A DNA stretch of 33,118 bases, from the sequence record DRR723986_20646; one strand, given 5' to 3'. The notes beneath the pieces were generated by a model, which worked only from the letters and a program-made list of their open reading frames with translations, searched no databases and had not been told where the DNA came from. Below are positions 1 to 8,620 of the stretch, piece after piece; the stretch's first letter is position 1, and the number at the start of each line of letters is the position of its first letter. The translations under genes were made by a program, and so were the position numbers.

Positions 1-2990
1 TCTCTAATTTGAGCCTGTTGAGCTGCCATTTTAACTTGATCTTTTGTCGACATTCCAGGAATACTTCCTTGACCCATGCCACCACCTTCACCTGGCTTTT
101 CACCTTTTCCGTCTTTACCTCCCGGGTTTTTACCGCCTTTCATTTTGCCAATTTGATCTTTCATGGCGTCTTTCATTTGCTGCATAGTCATTTTACCAGG
201 AGCACCCTGACCCGTACCACCCGGCTTAGAGCATGACCCGTTTCCAGGCATTTGACTCTGAGCTTGCTGTTGCATCTGATCTAACACTTCACTTAACATC
301 AAAGCTAAATCATTATAATCTGTCATAGCATACTGCTGATACTGGAGCAAACTTTTAGTATTCCGCTCTTCAGAATAAGTCAACGATTTATCTAAATTAT
401 AATTTAGTTCTGCTAATTCATCATTAATAAAGGTTGACAACTGATGTACTCTTTTACTTAACTCAATCAAAGAATCTCTAACTATATCTGTCGACTTATC
501 TATTTTCAACTGTTGTCTGTTTAACTCTAAATAATATGGATCATTCGTTCTTGTCTTTCCATACTCTTCCATTAAACCTTCTTCTTGTTTGGATAGTGCA
601 ACAATGTTTTCTAATAAATACCTCAAAGCGTCCATGTCCTCCTCTTGCTTTTGTTGTTGAGACTGACTCATCATTGAAGCAATATCATCTGCCATTTGTT
701 CCATCATCTCGGAGGCCTCAGATTGGCTTTTTGAACTTTTCCCTTTTTTATTATCACCCAACTGCTCTTTAGAATCTTCCATTTTTTCATCTAAACTCTG
801 TTCTTTTTCTTCATCAAAATCTAAATCCCTTGGCTTTTCCAACTCATCATTCTTCTCTTTTACTTCATCAATGTCCTTCTGAATTTCATCAAATTTCTTA
901 TTCAATTCTTCTTGTTTCTTCTTTAAATCATCAGCATCTGAATTCTTGTCTTGAGTTTCTTCATTCAATTTATCTTGCTGTTCCTTTAAATCTCTTAATT
1001 GATCTTCAAGATTCTCTAACTTCTGATCCAGTTCCATATTTTTGAATAACTCCAAAGTACGATCTAACTTCTCCTCCATACTTTCAGAATCTTTTTCAAC
1101 CTCATCCAGTTTTTCTAAAAGCTTATCCTTATTCATTTCTTCCATCAATTTCTCCAGCTCTTCAAACAGTTTCATCATCTCTTCATCCATCAACGCGTCC
1201 ATCAACTCCTGTAACTTTTCTTGCTTCTCTAAAAACTCTTCAGTAGGTTCAAGGTAGTTCTCCTTTTCATTTTTATTCTTTTCAAAATCTTGTTTTAACT
1301 TATCAAGCTGTAAGTTCAATTGATCTTTTAAATCCAGCATATTTTGAAGATTCTGCTTATCCTTCCAATCACTATTTTGTTTATTCATTAAAGACTTTTT
1401 CATGTCTCTAATATTCTTCTTTAAGTCCTTAGAGTCTTTTAAAGCTTGATCCATATCCTCTTTCAACTTGTTGCCCTGGTCCGATAATTTGTTTTCCAAT
1501 TCATCCAGCTCAGGTACACTAAACACCCTTCTTGATGTACTGCTTGATTTATATCCGTTCAATTCATCATTATCGGTCACCACAAAAGAATACTCAACCC
1601 TATCGCCAGGGCCAAGATCAAACAAAGACATATCTATGAAATAAGAAAACAGTTGAGAATTAACATCTGTTTTAATAGACATTGATTTATTCACAGTATA
1701 ACTCGTATCCTTACCAACAACTTTTACTCGACACGATAAACCTCTAAAACCATAATCATCACCTACTTTACCTTGGATAAACTTTCTACCTTCATTAGTA
1801 GAATCTACTGTCTCTGTGATCTCAATTGTCGGATATGCATCTTTAATAACACCAATCGAATAATTAACAGAATCAGCGTTCTTTACCTCATTTGAACTTA
1901 ATGAAAGATTGTAGGTTTGCGAGTTAAAAAACTTGCTCTGAAAACCATACTGACCTGATATAGAGCTCTTTAAATAAAATGACGTATCCCTAAAAGCCAC
2001 CTCCAATTGCTCCATATTCTTAGATGCAATATTCCACTTTAACATTGTCCCTTCAGGTACATTAACATTACCCGTATTGTAAAAAACTTCGCTCTTTTTA
2101 CCCGTATGTTTAGGATAAAGTGCCTCTACTGATATCTCCTCGATTATAGGCTTCATCAATACATCAACCTCATATTCTTTTGATTCAAAACCATTTGCCT
2201 CACAAATAAAATTCAAGTCCTTGCTTAGATTATTGAACTGATATTCAAATAACACTGCACTTTTTTTAACCAAGTTATACTCCCCTAAATTTGAATGAAT
2301 TTTAACCTCATCCGGTATTTCATCTCCAGTTAGTTTAACCTGCAAAGTATAGGTGTCTCCCTCTATCAATTTATCAGGACTAATTAGGTTGAATTCAAAA
2401 GGCGCAGGCTCAACATACTCTTGGTTATAATTAACTATACGTTCTGACCCATCTAGAAACCAATTAGGATTGATAATGGCCACCAACGTTAATCCGATAA
2501 ATATTGGGAGCAAAAACCTTAAATACTTCTTGTTCTCTTTTAAATCAATTGCTGTAGAAAATGGTACCGCAGATAATTGACTCGCACGTTGTTCAATACT
2601 CGCATGCACAAGCTCCAAGTTCATGCTCGCATTATCTTTATGCTCATTTAACTGTAAAGTGTTCGCTAATTTGTCTCCTACTTCAGGAAATATAGCCCCT
2701 AACATTAAAGAAGCTTCTTTAATTGACAATCTTCTACCAACCTTGTTCAGCTTCAAAATTGGAATCAATAAAAATTTAAAGAGTAAATAACTATTCACTC
2801 CAACAAACGAAATCAATAAAAGAAGTCTAGTTTTTGATCCGAAACGTCCAATATATTCAAGGCCGGTTACTAAACCATAAGACACCAACAAAACTGAAGT
2901 AAATAGAATTGCACCTTTTACCATTTCATTTTTGTAGTACTTCATTATGAAGCCTTCAATCTGCGCTATTAAATTGCTAAACTTTCCCAT
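1..2990 (-). CDS. Large membrane-anchored coiled-coil protein, probably DUF4175 family; partial, runs off the left end (>=996 aa)
   Basis: Not in the ORF track. ATG at 2990 reads MGKFSNLIAQIEGFIMKYYKNEMVKGAILF...FPEVGDKLANTLQL with N-terminal hydrophobic helices. The same frame at the left edge reads ...KGGKNPGGKDGKGEKPGEGGGMGQGSIPGMSTKDQVKMAAQQAQIR. I translated both ends, not every internal codon. Confidence 0.85.
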   Translation of the reverse strand, partial: MGKFSNLIAQIEGFIMKYYKNEMVKGAILFTSVLLVSYGLVTGLEYIGRFGSKTRLLLLISFVGVNSYLLFKFLLIPILKLNKVGRRLSIKEASLMLGAIFPEVGDKLANTLQLNEHKDNASMNLELVHASIEQRASQLSAVPFSTAIDLKENKKYLRFLLPIFIGLTLVAIINPNWFLDGSERIVNYNQEYVEPAPFEFNLISPDKLIEGDTYTLQVKLTGDEIPDEVKIHSNLGEYNLVKKSAVLFEYQFNNLSKDLNFICEANGFESKEYEVDVLMKPIIEEISVEALYPKHTGKKSEVFYNTGNVNVPEGTMLKWNIASKNMEQLEVAFRDTSFYLKSSISGQYGFQSKFFNSQTYNLSLSSNEVKNADSVNYSIGVIKDAYPTIEITETVDSTNEGRKFIQGKVGDDYGFRGLSCRVKVVGKDTSYTVNKSMSIKTDVNSQLFSYFIDMSLFDLGPGDRVEYSFVVTDNDELNGYKSSSTSRRVFSVPELDELENKLSDQGNKLKEDMDQALKDSKDLKKNIRDMKKSLMNKQNSDWKDKQNLQNMLDLKDQLNLQLDKLKQDFEKNKNEKENYLEPTEEFLEKQEKLQELMDALMDEEMMKLFEELEKLMEEMNKDKLLEKLDEVEKDSESMEEKLDRTLELFKNMELDQKLENLEDQLRDLKEQQDKLNEETQDKNSDADDLKKKQEELNKKFDEIQKDIDEVKEKNDELEKPRDLDFDEEKEQSLDEKMEDSKEQLGDNKKGKSSKSQSEASEMMEQMADDIASMMSQSQQQKQEEDMDALRYLLENIVALSKQEEGLMEEYGKTRTNDPYYLELNRQQLKIDKSTDIVRDSLIELSKRVHQLSTFINDELAELNYNLDKSLTYSEERNTKSLLQYQQYAMTDYNDLALMLSEVLDQMQQQAQSQMPGNGSCSKPGGTGQGAPGKMTMQQMKDAMKDQIGKMKGGKNPGGKDGKGEKPGEGGGMGQGSIPGMSTKDQVKMAAQQAQIR

Positions 2991-3122
2991 CACAATATCG
3001 GTGAACCTACTAAGTTACGATAATATACTGTTCTGTACAATAATCGTGCTAAAGCGTTCAGTTATTTTAACTAATATTTAACGCTATTAGTATGTTTAAA
3101 ATACATTTTACTATAAAACTGA

Positions 3123-3130
3123 TATCTTTG
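3123..3130 (+). promoter_or_regulatory. Bacteroidota primary-sigma -7 element (TATCTTTG) for gltX-folB
   Basis: Exact TAnnTTTG 41 nt before the gltX ATG. Confidence 0.7.
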
Positions 3131-3171
3131 TCGAGCTAAAAAGCCCATAGGGCTGTGAAAAGATATTTAAA

Positions 3172-4698
3172 ATGGCAAACAAGGTTAGAGTACGTTTTGC
3201 ACCAAGTCCAACAGGACCTCTTCATATGGGTGGGGTAAGAACCGCTTTATATAACTATTTATTCGCTAAGAAACATGGGGGTGACTTCATTCTTAGAATT
3301 GAAGATACGGACGAAAAAAGGTTTGTTCCGGGCGCACAAGATTACATTATTGAGTCATTAAAATGGTGTGGAATTGAACCCAACGAGGGAGCAGGTTACG
3401 GAGGAGAATTAGGCCCTTATATTCAGTCGGAGCGAAAAGATTTGTACAAACCTTATGCAGACATGTTAGTGGAGAACGGAAGCGCATATATTGCTTTTGA
3501 TTCTCCTGAAGACTTGGAGCTGATGCGAAAACAAGCCGCTGACCAAGGTCTTCCAAACTGGCAATACAACAATATTACTCGGTCTTCAATGAAAAATTCT
3601 ATTTCCTTGTCAAAAGAAGAAGTAGAAAAAAGACTCGCTAGTGGTGAGCCGTATACGGTTCGAATGAAAATGCCAAGAAACCAAGACATCAAATTTGAAG
3701 ATGAAATTCGTGGCTGGGTTACAGTAAACACGAACAATCTAGATGATAAAGTTTTGTTTAAACCAACCGGAATGCCAACATATCATTTGGCAAACATTGT
3801 TGATGATCACTTGATGCAAATCACCCATGTTATTAGGGGTGAAGAATGGTTACCGTCTGCACCATTACATGTTTTATTGTATGATGCCTTTGGTTGGGAA
3901 AGACCAAAATTTGCTCATCTTCCTTTAATCTTAAGACCAGATGGAAAAGGTAAATTAAGCAAAAGAGATGGCGATAAATTAGGGTTTCCTGTATTTCCGT
4001 TAGACTGGACAACTGCAGAAGGGGAAACCTATAGTGGGTATAAAGAATCAGGATACTTTGCAGATGCCTTTATCAATATGTTAAGCTTATTAGGATGGAA
4101 TCCAGGAAACAATGAAGAGCTTTTCAAGTTGGATGAAATGATTGAGAAATTCTCAATTGAACGTGTTGGAAAATCAGGGGCACGCTTTGATCCGGATAAA
4201 ACTAAATGGTTTAACCAACAATATTTAAGAGACCTTTCTAACGAGGAGCTTGGTAAAATTGCAGAGCCAATGCTATCAGGAAATTTTGAAACTGAATATA
4301 TAGCAAATGTTTGCGGATTAATGAAAGAACGGGCAACTTTTGTCCGTGACATCATTGAGGACGGCGATTATTTCTTTGGAGAAATTACGACCTATGATGA
4401 CAAAACAGTTAGAAAAAAATGGAAGGATAACACACCTGAAATTATGCAAGAATTGCTCACCGATCTAAGTGCAATTGAAAACTGGGGAACTGAGAGTATA
4501 GAATCCGTTTTCTCTGCATTTTTAGAAAGAAAAGAACTTGGATTTGGACAGGTGGGACCTGGATTCAGATTACTGGTAACAGGAAAAGGAATGGGTCCAT
4601 CAATGTTTGAAATATGTTCTGTGTTAGGTAAGGATAAAGTTATTGAAAGAATGACCAATGGGATTTCAATTGTTAACGAAATAAAAGCCACAGCTTAA
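3172..4698 (+). CDS. gltX: Glutamate--tRNA ligase
   Basis: VRVRFAPSPTGPLHMGG (HIGH motif), LRIEDTD, HVIRGEEW and KLSKR (KMSKS motif). Confidence 0.98.
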   Translation: MANKVRVRFAPSPTGPLHMGGVRTALYNYLFAKKHGGDFILRIEDTDEKRFVPGAQDYIIESLKWCGIEPNEGAGYGGELGPYIQSERKDLYKPYADMLVENGSAYIAFDSPEDLELMRKQAADQGLPNWQYNNITRSSMKNSISLSKEEVEKRLASGEPYTVRMKMPRNQDIKFEDEIRGWVTVNTNNLDDKVLFKPTGMPTYHLANIVDDHLMQITHVIRGEEWLPSAPLHVLLYDAFGWERPKFAHLPLILRPDGKGKLSKRDGDKLGFPVFPLDWTTAEGETYSGYKESGYFADAFINMLSLLGWNPGNNEELFKLDEMIEKFSIERVGKSGARFDPDKTKWFNQQYLRDLSNEELGKIAEPMLSGNFETEYIANVCGLMKERATFVRDIIEDGDYFFGEITTYDDKTVRKKWKDNTPEIMQELLTDLSAIENWGTESIESVFSAFLERKELGFGQVGPGFRLLVTGKGMGPSMFEICSVLGKDKVIERMTNGISIVNEIKATA

Positions 4699-5051
4699 TG
4701 AAAAACACTGTTCAAGTAAGTGGAATAGAGGTGTTTGCTTATCATGGATGCATGAATGAAGAAGCAGTTCTTGGCGGGAAGTTCTCTGTTGATATATCGA
4801 TACAAACAGACTTTTCAAAATCAGCCGAATCAGATGAATTAATTGATACAATAGACTATGTTCGTGTAAGAGAGATTGTTGTAGAACAAATGGCGATTAG
4901 ATCAAAACTCATTGAACACGTAGCCTATCGAATTCTTGAAAAATTTAAGCAAGAATTTCCAACTGCCATTGAAAGTAAAATAACAGTGCGAAAGCTAAAT
5001 GCTCCAATTGGAGGAGTAGTTGATGAAGTCGCAATAATCATTGAAGGATAA
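4698..5051 (+). CDS. folB: Dihydroneopterin aldolase
   Basis: AYHGC..EE..LGGKF.VD, SDEL.DTIDY, LIEHVA.RI and KLNAPIGG motifs; TAATG overlap with gltX. Confidence 0.95.
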   Translation: MKNTVQVSGIEVFAYHGCMNEEAVLGGKFSVDISIQTDFSKSAESDELIDTIDYVRVREIVVEQMAIRSKLIEHVAYRILEKFKQEFPTAIESKITVRKLNAPIGGVVDEVAIIIEG

Positions 5052-5101
5052 ATAAATTGGCTGATTATTTAAAAAATCTCAAAATCAGTAATCAATTTTA
5101 T

Positions 5102-5109
5102 TATCTTTG
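5102..5109 (+). promoter_or_regulatory. -7 element (TATCTTTG) for tRNA-Cys
   Basis: Exact TAnnTTTG upstream of the tRNA. Confidence 0.7.
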
Positions 5110-5138
5110 TCCTCCTTCTTTTAAGAAGTATTTTTAAT

Positions 5139-5185
5139 GGTCCTGTGGTCTCGGTTAAACCGAGACTAGACAGTGTCCGAAAAAA
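5139..5185 (+). repeat. Degenerate tandem copy of the tRNA-Cys 5' half with an 11-nt hairpin-forming insertion
   Basis: GGTCCTGTGG[TCTCGGTTAAA]CCGAGACTAGACAGTG-TCCGAAAAA aligns to tRNA GGTCCTGTGGCCGAGCGGCTAGGCAGTGGTCTGCAAAA. Confidence 0.75.
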
Positions 5186-5186
5186 T

Positions 5187-5257
5187 GGTCCTGTGGCCGA
5201 GCGGCTAGGCAGTGGTCTGCAAAACCATCTACAGCGGTTCGAATCCGCTCGGGACCT
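5187..5257 (+). tRNA. tRNA-Cys (GCA)
   Basis: Acceptor stem GGTCCTG/CGGGACC, anticodon arm GTGGT-CTGCAAA-ACCAT, T arm AGCGG-TTCGAAT-CCGCT, U discriminator; CCA not encoded. Confidence 0.97.
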
Positions 5258-5258
5258 C

Positions 5259-5288
5259 AAAACCTCAACAGTCCGTTGAGGTTTTTTT
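5259..5288 (+). terminator. Intrinsic terminator after tRNA-Cys
   Basis: AACCTCAAC-AGTCC-GTTGAGGTT stem-loop running into a 7-T tract. Confidence 0.85.
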
Positions 5289-5293
5289 GTTTC

Positions 5294-5323
5294 TTGACCT
5301 TTCGCACATTCTAAGTATATTTG
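5294..5323 (+). promoter_or_regulatory. -33/-7 promoter (TTG-N19-TATATTTG) for the TPR-SpoIIE gene
   Basis: TTG at 5294-5296 and TATATTTG at 5316-5323, with spacing typical of Bacteroidota promoters. Confidence 0.65.
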
Positions 5324-5340
5324 AAGGCCTAATGCCCTGA

Positions 5341-7473
5341 ATGAAAACGAATAGTTCCATATTCTCCCTCAAATCATCATTCGTGATGGTCCTATGTTTC
5401 CTTTGGAATTTTAGTGGGAACACTCAACTCAACATTGACTCATTAAAAATTGCTTTTGACTATTCTGAAATTGCTTCAGAACGAGTTCAAACACAAATAT
5501 TGATTGCTGAATCCTATCACAAACAAAGAGAGTACGAAGCTGCGTTAATCGAATACCGTAGAGCAATTGACCTCATTCCAAACGACAACACTTTTCTAAA
5601 AGCAGAAACCATTTACAAGTATGGAAATTGTCTTAAAAGTGCTGAGCACATAGAAGAGGCCAGAAAGGGCTTCAAAACTTCAATACAACTCTATACTTCC
5701 ATTTCTGCTAATCCTGAGCTTATAGCTCGTAATAATGCCCTCATTGGTCGTTGTTTCTATGATGAAGCAAACTATGATTCTGCCATGGTGTATTATTTAG
5801 AAGCTGAAAAAATTTATGAGATCAACGCAATTAAAAACCGTGACTATGGCATGTTGTTCCACTTCATAGGATCTGTTTTCAAAAGACAAGGTGATTTTGA
5901 TAAGGCCTGTGAGTACTATCAAAAAGAGATAAAATATGGCAAAGAGCACGGTTTCAAAGACATTGAAGCTGAAGGACAATATTTAATTGGTGTATGTATT
6001 GAAACTGACTCGGCAAGATTAGCAAACGACATCCTCTGCCTCCAGCTTTACAGTGAATTAGGAAATGAGCGGCTTGTAGGTTTGATGTATCAGCTCATTT
6101 CTAATAGCTATTACAGCATGAATGTATTAGACAGTGCTTTACACTATCAACAGCTCAGCTTAAAAATAAGACGAGAGCAAAACGAAATTTCACATTTAGC
6201 AGGAATATTGTCCGACCTTGCTAAGACATACATTGCAATGGGTAAACTTTCCGAAGCAAAATCTCACCTCAAAGAAGCAGAAGAAATAGCTCTTCAAACG
6301 GGCATTAAAAAATATGTTAGGTTACAAGAAATCTATAGCATCTATTATGATCTTGAAGTTAAAGCCAGCAACTACAAAGAGGCAAATCGCTATTTAAACT
6401 TGGTGTATGCCTACAAAGACTCGGTTATGAATACCGAGCACAAACAGGCTATCGCCGAACTTGCTATTAAATATGATAGCGATAAACAAGAAGCTCAACT
6501 CGCCATTCTTGAACAAGAAAAACTCATGGCTAAGAAAGAAAAAATCTTAGCAGATGAAGCCGCAGCCAACCAATCGTTCTACAACAAAATCATATTGTCA
6601 ACGGGAGTAGCCCTTTTATTTGCAGGGGTATTTATCTATCTCAAATATCGTGAATCTCAAAAACAAAAAATTGTGATTTCAGCGCAAAAAAGAGAAATGC
6701 AATTCCAAAAAGAACTGGTTGAGGAAAAAAACAAGGACATTACAGACTCTATGGTTTACGCTAGCTCCATTCAAAAGGCCATTATTACATCTGAAGAATA
6801 TCTATCTAAAATGTTCAAGGATTTCTTTGTGTTTTATCAGCCCAGAGATATAGTATCAGGTGATTTTTATTGGGCATTTGAAACTACTGACGGTACTAGA
6901 TTAGTTGCTGTTGGAGACTGCACTGGGCATGGAGTGCCGGGTGCAATGATGAGTATGCTGGGCAATGCTTTCTTGAATGAAATTGTAATTGAAGGAAAAA
7001 ACTACGAGCCCAATAAAATTTTAGACAAGTTAAGAGATCAGGTAAAAAGAGCATTACAAAACAATGCGGCCAAAGATGGTATGGACATGTCTATCTTAAA
7101 AATTAAAGACAAAACCATCACTTACGCAGGAGCCAATTTACCTTTATACCTTCTTAGAAGTGGAGAGCTAATTGAAGTAAAAGGAGATAAACAACCAATT
7201 GGTTCACAGCCGGCGGGCGAAAAACCCTTTACACAACACACAATTGATTTAATGGATGGAGATTCGGTCTATCTATTCTCAGATGGATATGCTGACCAAT
7301 TTGGAGGAGTAAAAGGTAAAAAATATAAATACAAGACTTTTAGAGATAAACTCTCTTTAATTAGCGGCAAACCATTTAAAGAGCAAGGCCAAATTATAAG
7401 TGCCGAATTTGAACAATGGAAAGGAGACTTGGAACAGTTGGATGATGTTTGTGTACTTGGCCTTAAGCTGTAA
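5341..7473 (+). CDS. Periplasmic-TPR, single-TM, SpoIIE/PP2C-type sensor phosphatase
   Basis: Signal-like N-terminus, TPR helices, TM (IILSTGVALLFAGVFIYL), coiled coil, then PRDIVSGDFYW, GDCTGHGVPGA, DGMD, SDGYADQFGG and DDVC. Confidence 0.9.
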   Translation: MKTNSSIFSLKSSFVMVLCFLWNFSGNTQLNIDSLKIAFDYSEIASERVQTQILIAESYHKQREYEAALIEYRRAIDLIPNDNTFLKAETIYKYGNCLKSAEHIEEARKGFKTSIQLYTSISANPELIARNNALIGRCFYDEANYDSAMVYYLEAEKIYEINAIKNRDYGMLFHFIGSVFKRQGDFDKACEYYQKEIKYGKEHGFKDIEAEGQYLIGVCIETDSARLANDILCLQLYSELGNERLVGLMYQLISNSYYSMNVLDSALHYQQLSLKIRREQNEISHLAGILSDLAKTYIAMGKLSEAKSHLKEAEEIALQTGIKKYVRLQEIYSIYYDLEVKASNYKEANRYLNLVYAYKDSVMNTEHKQAIAELAIKYDSDKQEAQLAILEQEKLMAKKEKILADEAAANQSFYNKIILSTGVALLFAGVFIYLKYRESQKQKIVISAQKREMQFQKELVEEKNKDITDSMVYASSIQKAIITSEEYLSKMFKDFFVFYQPRDIVSGDFYWAFETTDGTRLVAVGDCTGHGVPGAMMSMLGNAFLNEIVIEGKNYEPNKILDKLRDQVKRALQNNAAKDGMDMSILKIKDKTITYAGANLPLYLLRSGELIEVKGDKQPIGSQPAGEKPFTQHTIDLMDGDSVYLFSDGYADQFGGVKGKKYKYKTFRDKLSLISGKPFKEQGQIISAEFEQWKGDLEQLDDVCVLGLKL

Positions 7474-8593
7474 AAAAAGCCTCTATTCCTTTTCCATCAA
7501 AATAATCTTGAGACCACTGCTTAACCTCAGCCTCCGTGTATTTCAACACCCCTTTTTCAGTTAAATAACGAATCGCTTTTTTCTCTCTTCTTGAAAGCTT
7601 TCCGTCAATCATAACCCCGAAAACAAATAGTTTCTGAATCGCATCTTGTGTTTGTTCTGAATAGCCAGGAATTTCTTCAAGAAAATCATCATTGTAAGGA
7701 GGCTCTTCTTTAATCTCAATTCCGAAACGCTCAAGTAATGTAACACTTAATAAAAAATGGTTGTAGTGAAAAGACCTTTTCGATTCTGAAATCAACTGCA
7801 AAGTATCGTACAGCACTCTCGTAAATTCAGGGTTATTCTTTTGTTCATCATACAAAATCTCTGTACATCTTCTGATTAAAGGAGGAGCCATAACCCTAAT
7901 TCTAGCCTCATTCATCACGGTTCTTGCTCCCCAAATATTCCAAAAAGCATAAACCGGAATTCCTGCAAGATCAATTACTGCTCTCATGGCATATCTACCA
8001 AGCGCCTTTTTTACCAAGAGCTTGAATAAAATTCCGCTTACGGTTGCTTTTAATCTTAAAACGATTTGAAAAATAACCACGCCTGTAGGTGACAATCCTT
8101 CATAAGGGTTTATACCGATTGACTCTAGCTGTTTTTGTTTCTTTTCTAGCCCAACAGAAATAAGCGCATTAAGGTTGTTTTCGTAATTCTTGTCTGCTGA
8201 ATTAGGATATCCACAGGCATTACATATACCAGCAACGGCCTTAATGTTTACATAAGTCAAAAACCAGATTTCCAACATTACAAGCACCAAAGAGTAGGCT
8301 AAAAAAGAAATTTCCACATCTACATAACCATCATAAATTGGTAGCCAAATATGATTCATAGGAAACAAAGTTTCGCCAAAAATATAATAGGGTATAAATA
8401 GAAGCAAGACGCCTAGGGCCCCTGCTGAACCAGCTTTTATAAAGGTGTTTACTCTGATTTTTTTAAGAGCGGCAACCTCATCATCAGATAACAGAAAAAG
8501 TTCTTCACCGTCTTGAACTTTGTCAATTCGGCTCAATTCTTTGTAAGCAAACTTTGCCCAAAAACCTTTTTTCTTTTCCTCTTGAGGCTTCAT
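7463..8593 (-). CDS. Uncharacterised membrane protein (resembles LBF_2804 family)
   Basis: 376-aa ORF with several hydrophobic segments. The family call is from recall of the IPVYAFWN...EARIR.M segment and is unverified. Confidence 0.7.
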   Translation of the reverse strand: MKPQEEKKKGFWAKFAYKELSRIDKVQDGEELFLLSDDEVAALKKIRVNTFIKAGSAGALGVLLLFIPYYIFGETLFPMNHIWLPIYDGYVDVEISFLAYSLVLVMLEIWFLTYVNIKAVAGICNACGYPNSADKNYENNLNALISVGLEKKQKQLESIGINPYEGLSPTGVVIFQIVLRLKATVSGILFKLLVKKALGRYAMRAVIDLAGIPVYAFWNIWGARTVMNEARIRVMAPPLIRRCTEILYDEQKNNPEFTRVLYDTLQLISESKRSFHYNHFLLSVTLLERFGIEIKEEPPYNDDFLEEIPGYSEQTQDAIQKLFVFGVMIDGKLSRREKKAIRYLTEKGVLKYTEAEVKQWSQDYFDGKGIEAFFTA

Positions 8594-8597
8594 GGTT

Positions 8598-8605
8598 CAA
8601 ATATA
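8598..8605 (-). promoter_or_regulatory. -7 element (TATATTTG) 4 nt before the ATG at 8593
   Basis: Minus strand reads TATATTTG-AACC-ATG. Confidence 0.55.
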
Positions 8606-8620
8606 GAACAATCTGACTTT

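Noticed and set aside
9-1257. Four short + strand ORFs
   Set aside because: Antisense shadows of the long minus-strand CDS, with Ser/Phe/Leu/His-biased composition.
3070-3091. Inverted repeat ACTAATA-N8-TATTAGT between divergent genes
   Set aside because: Almost all A/T in an AT-rich spacer and no second copy seen; cannot be told from chance.
3347-4851. Minus-strand ORFs within gltX/folB, and similar nested ORFs elsewhere in the track
   Set aside because: They lie opposite well-supported genes and show no recognisable motifs.
5139-5185. Second functional tRNA or CRISPR-like repeat
   Set aside because: No T arm or 3' acceptor strand, a destroyed anticodon, and only two copies with no spacer array.
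5069-5260. 63-aa minus-strand ORF
   Set aside because: It is the antisense reading of tRNA-Cys and its leader.
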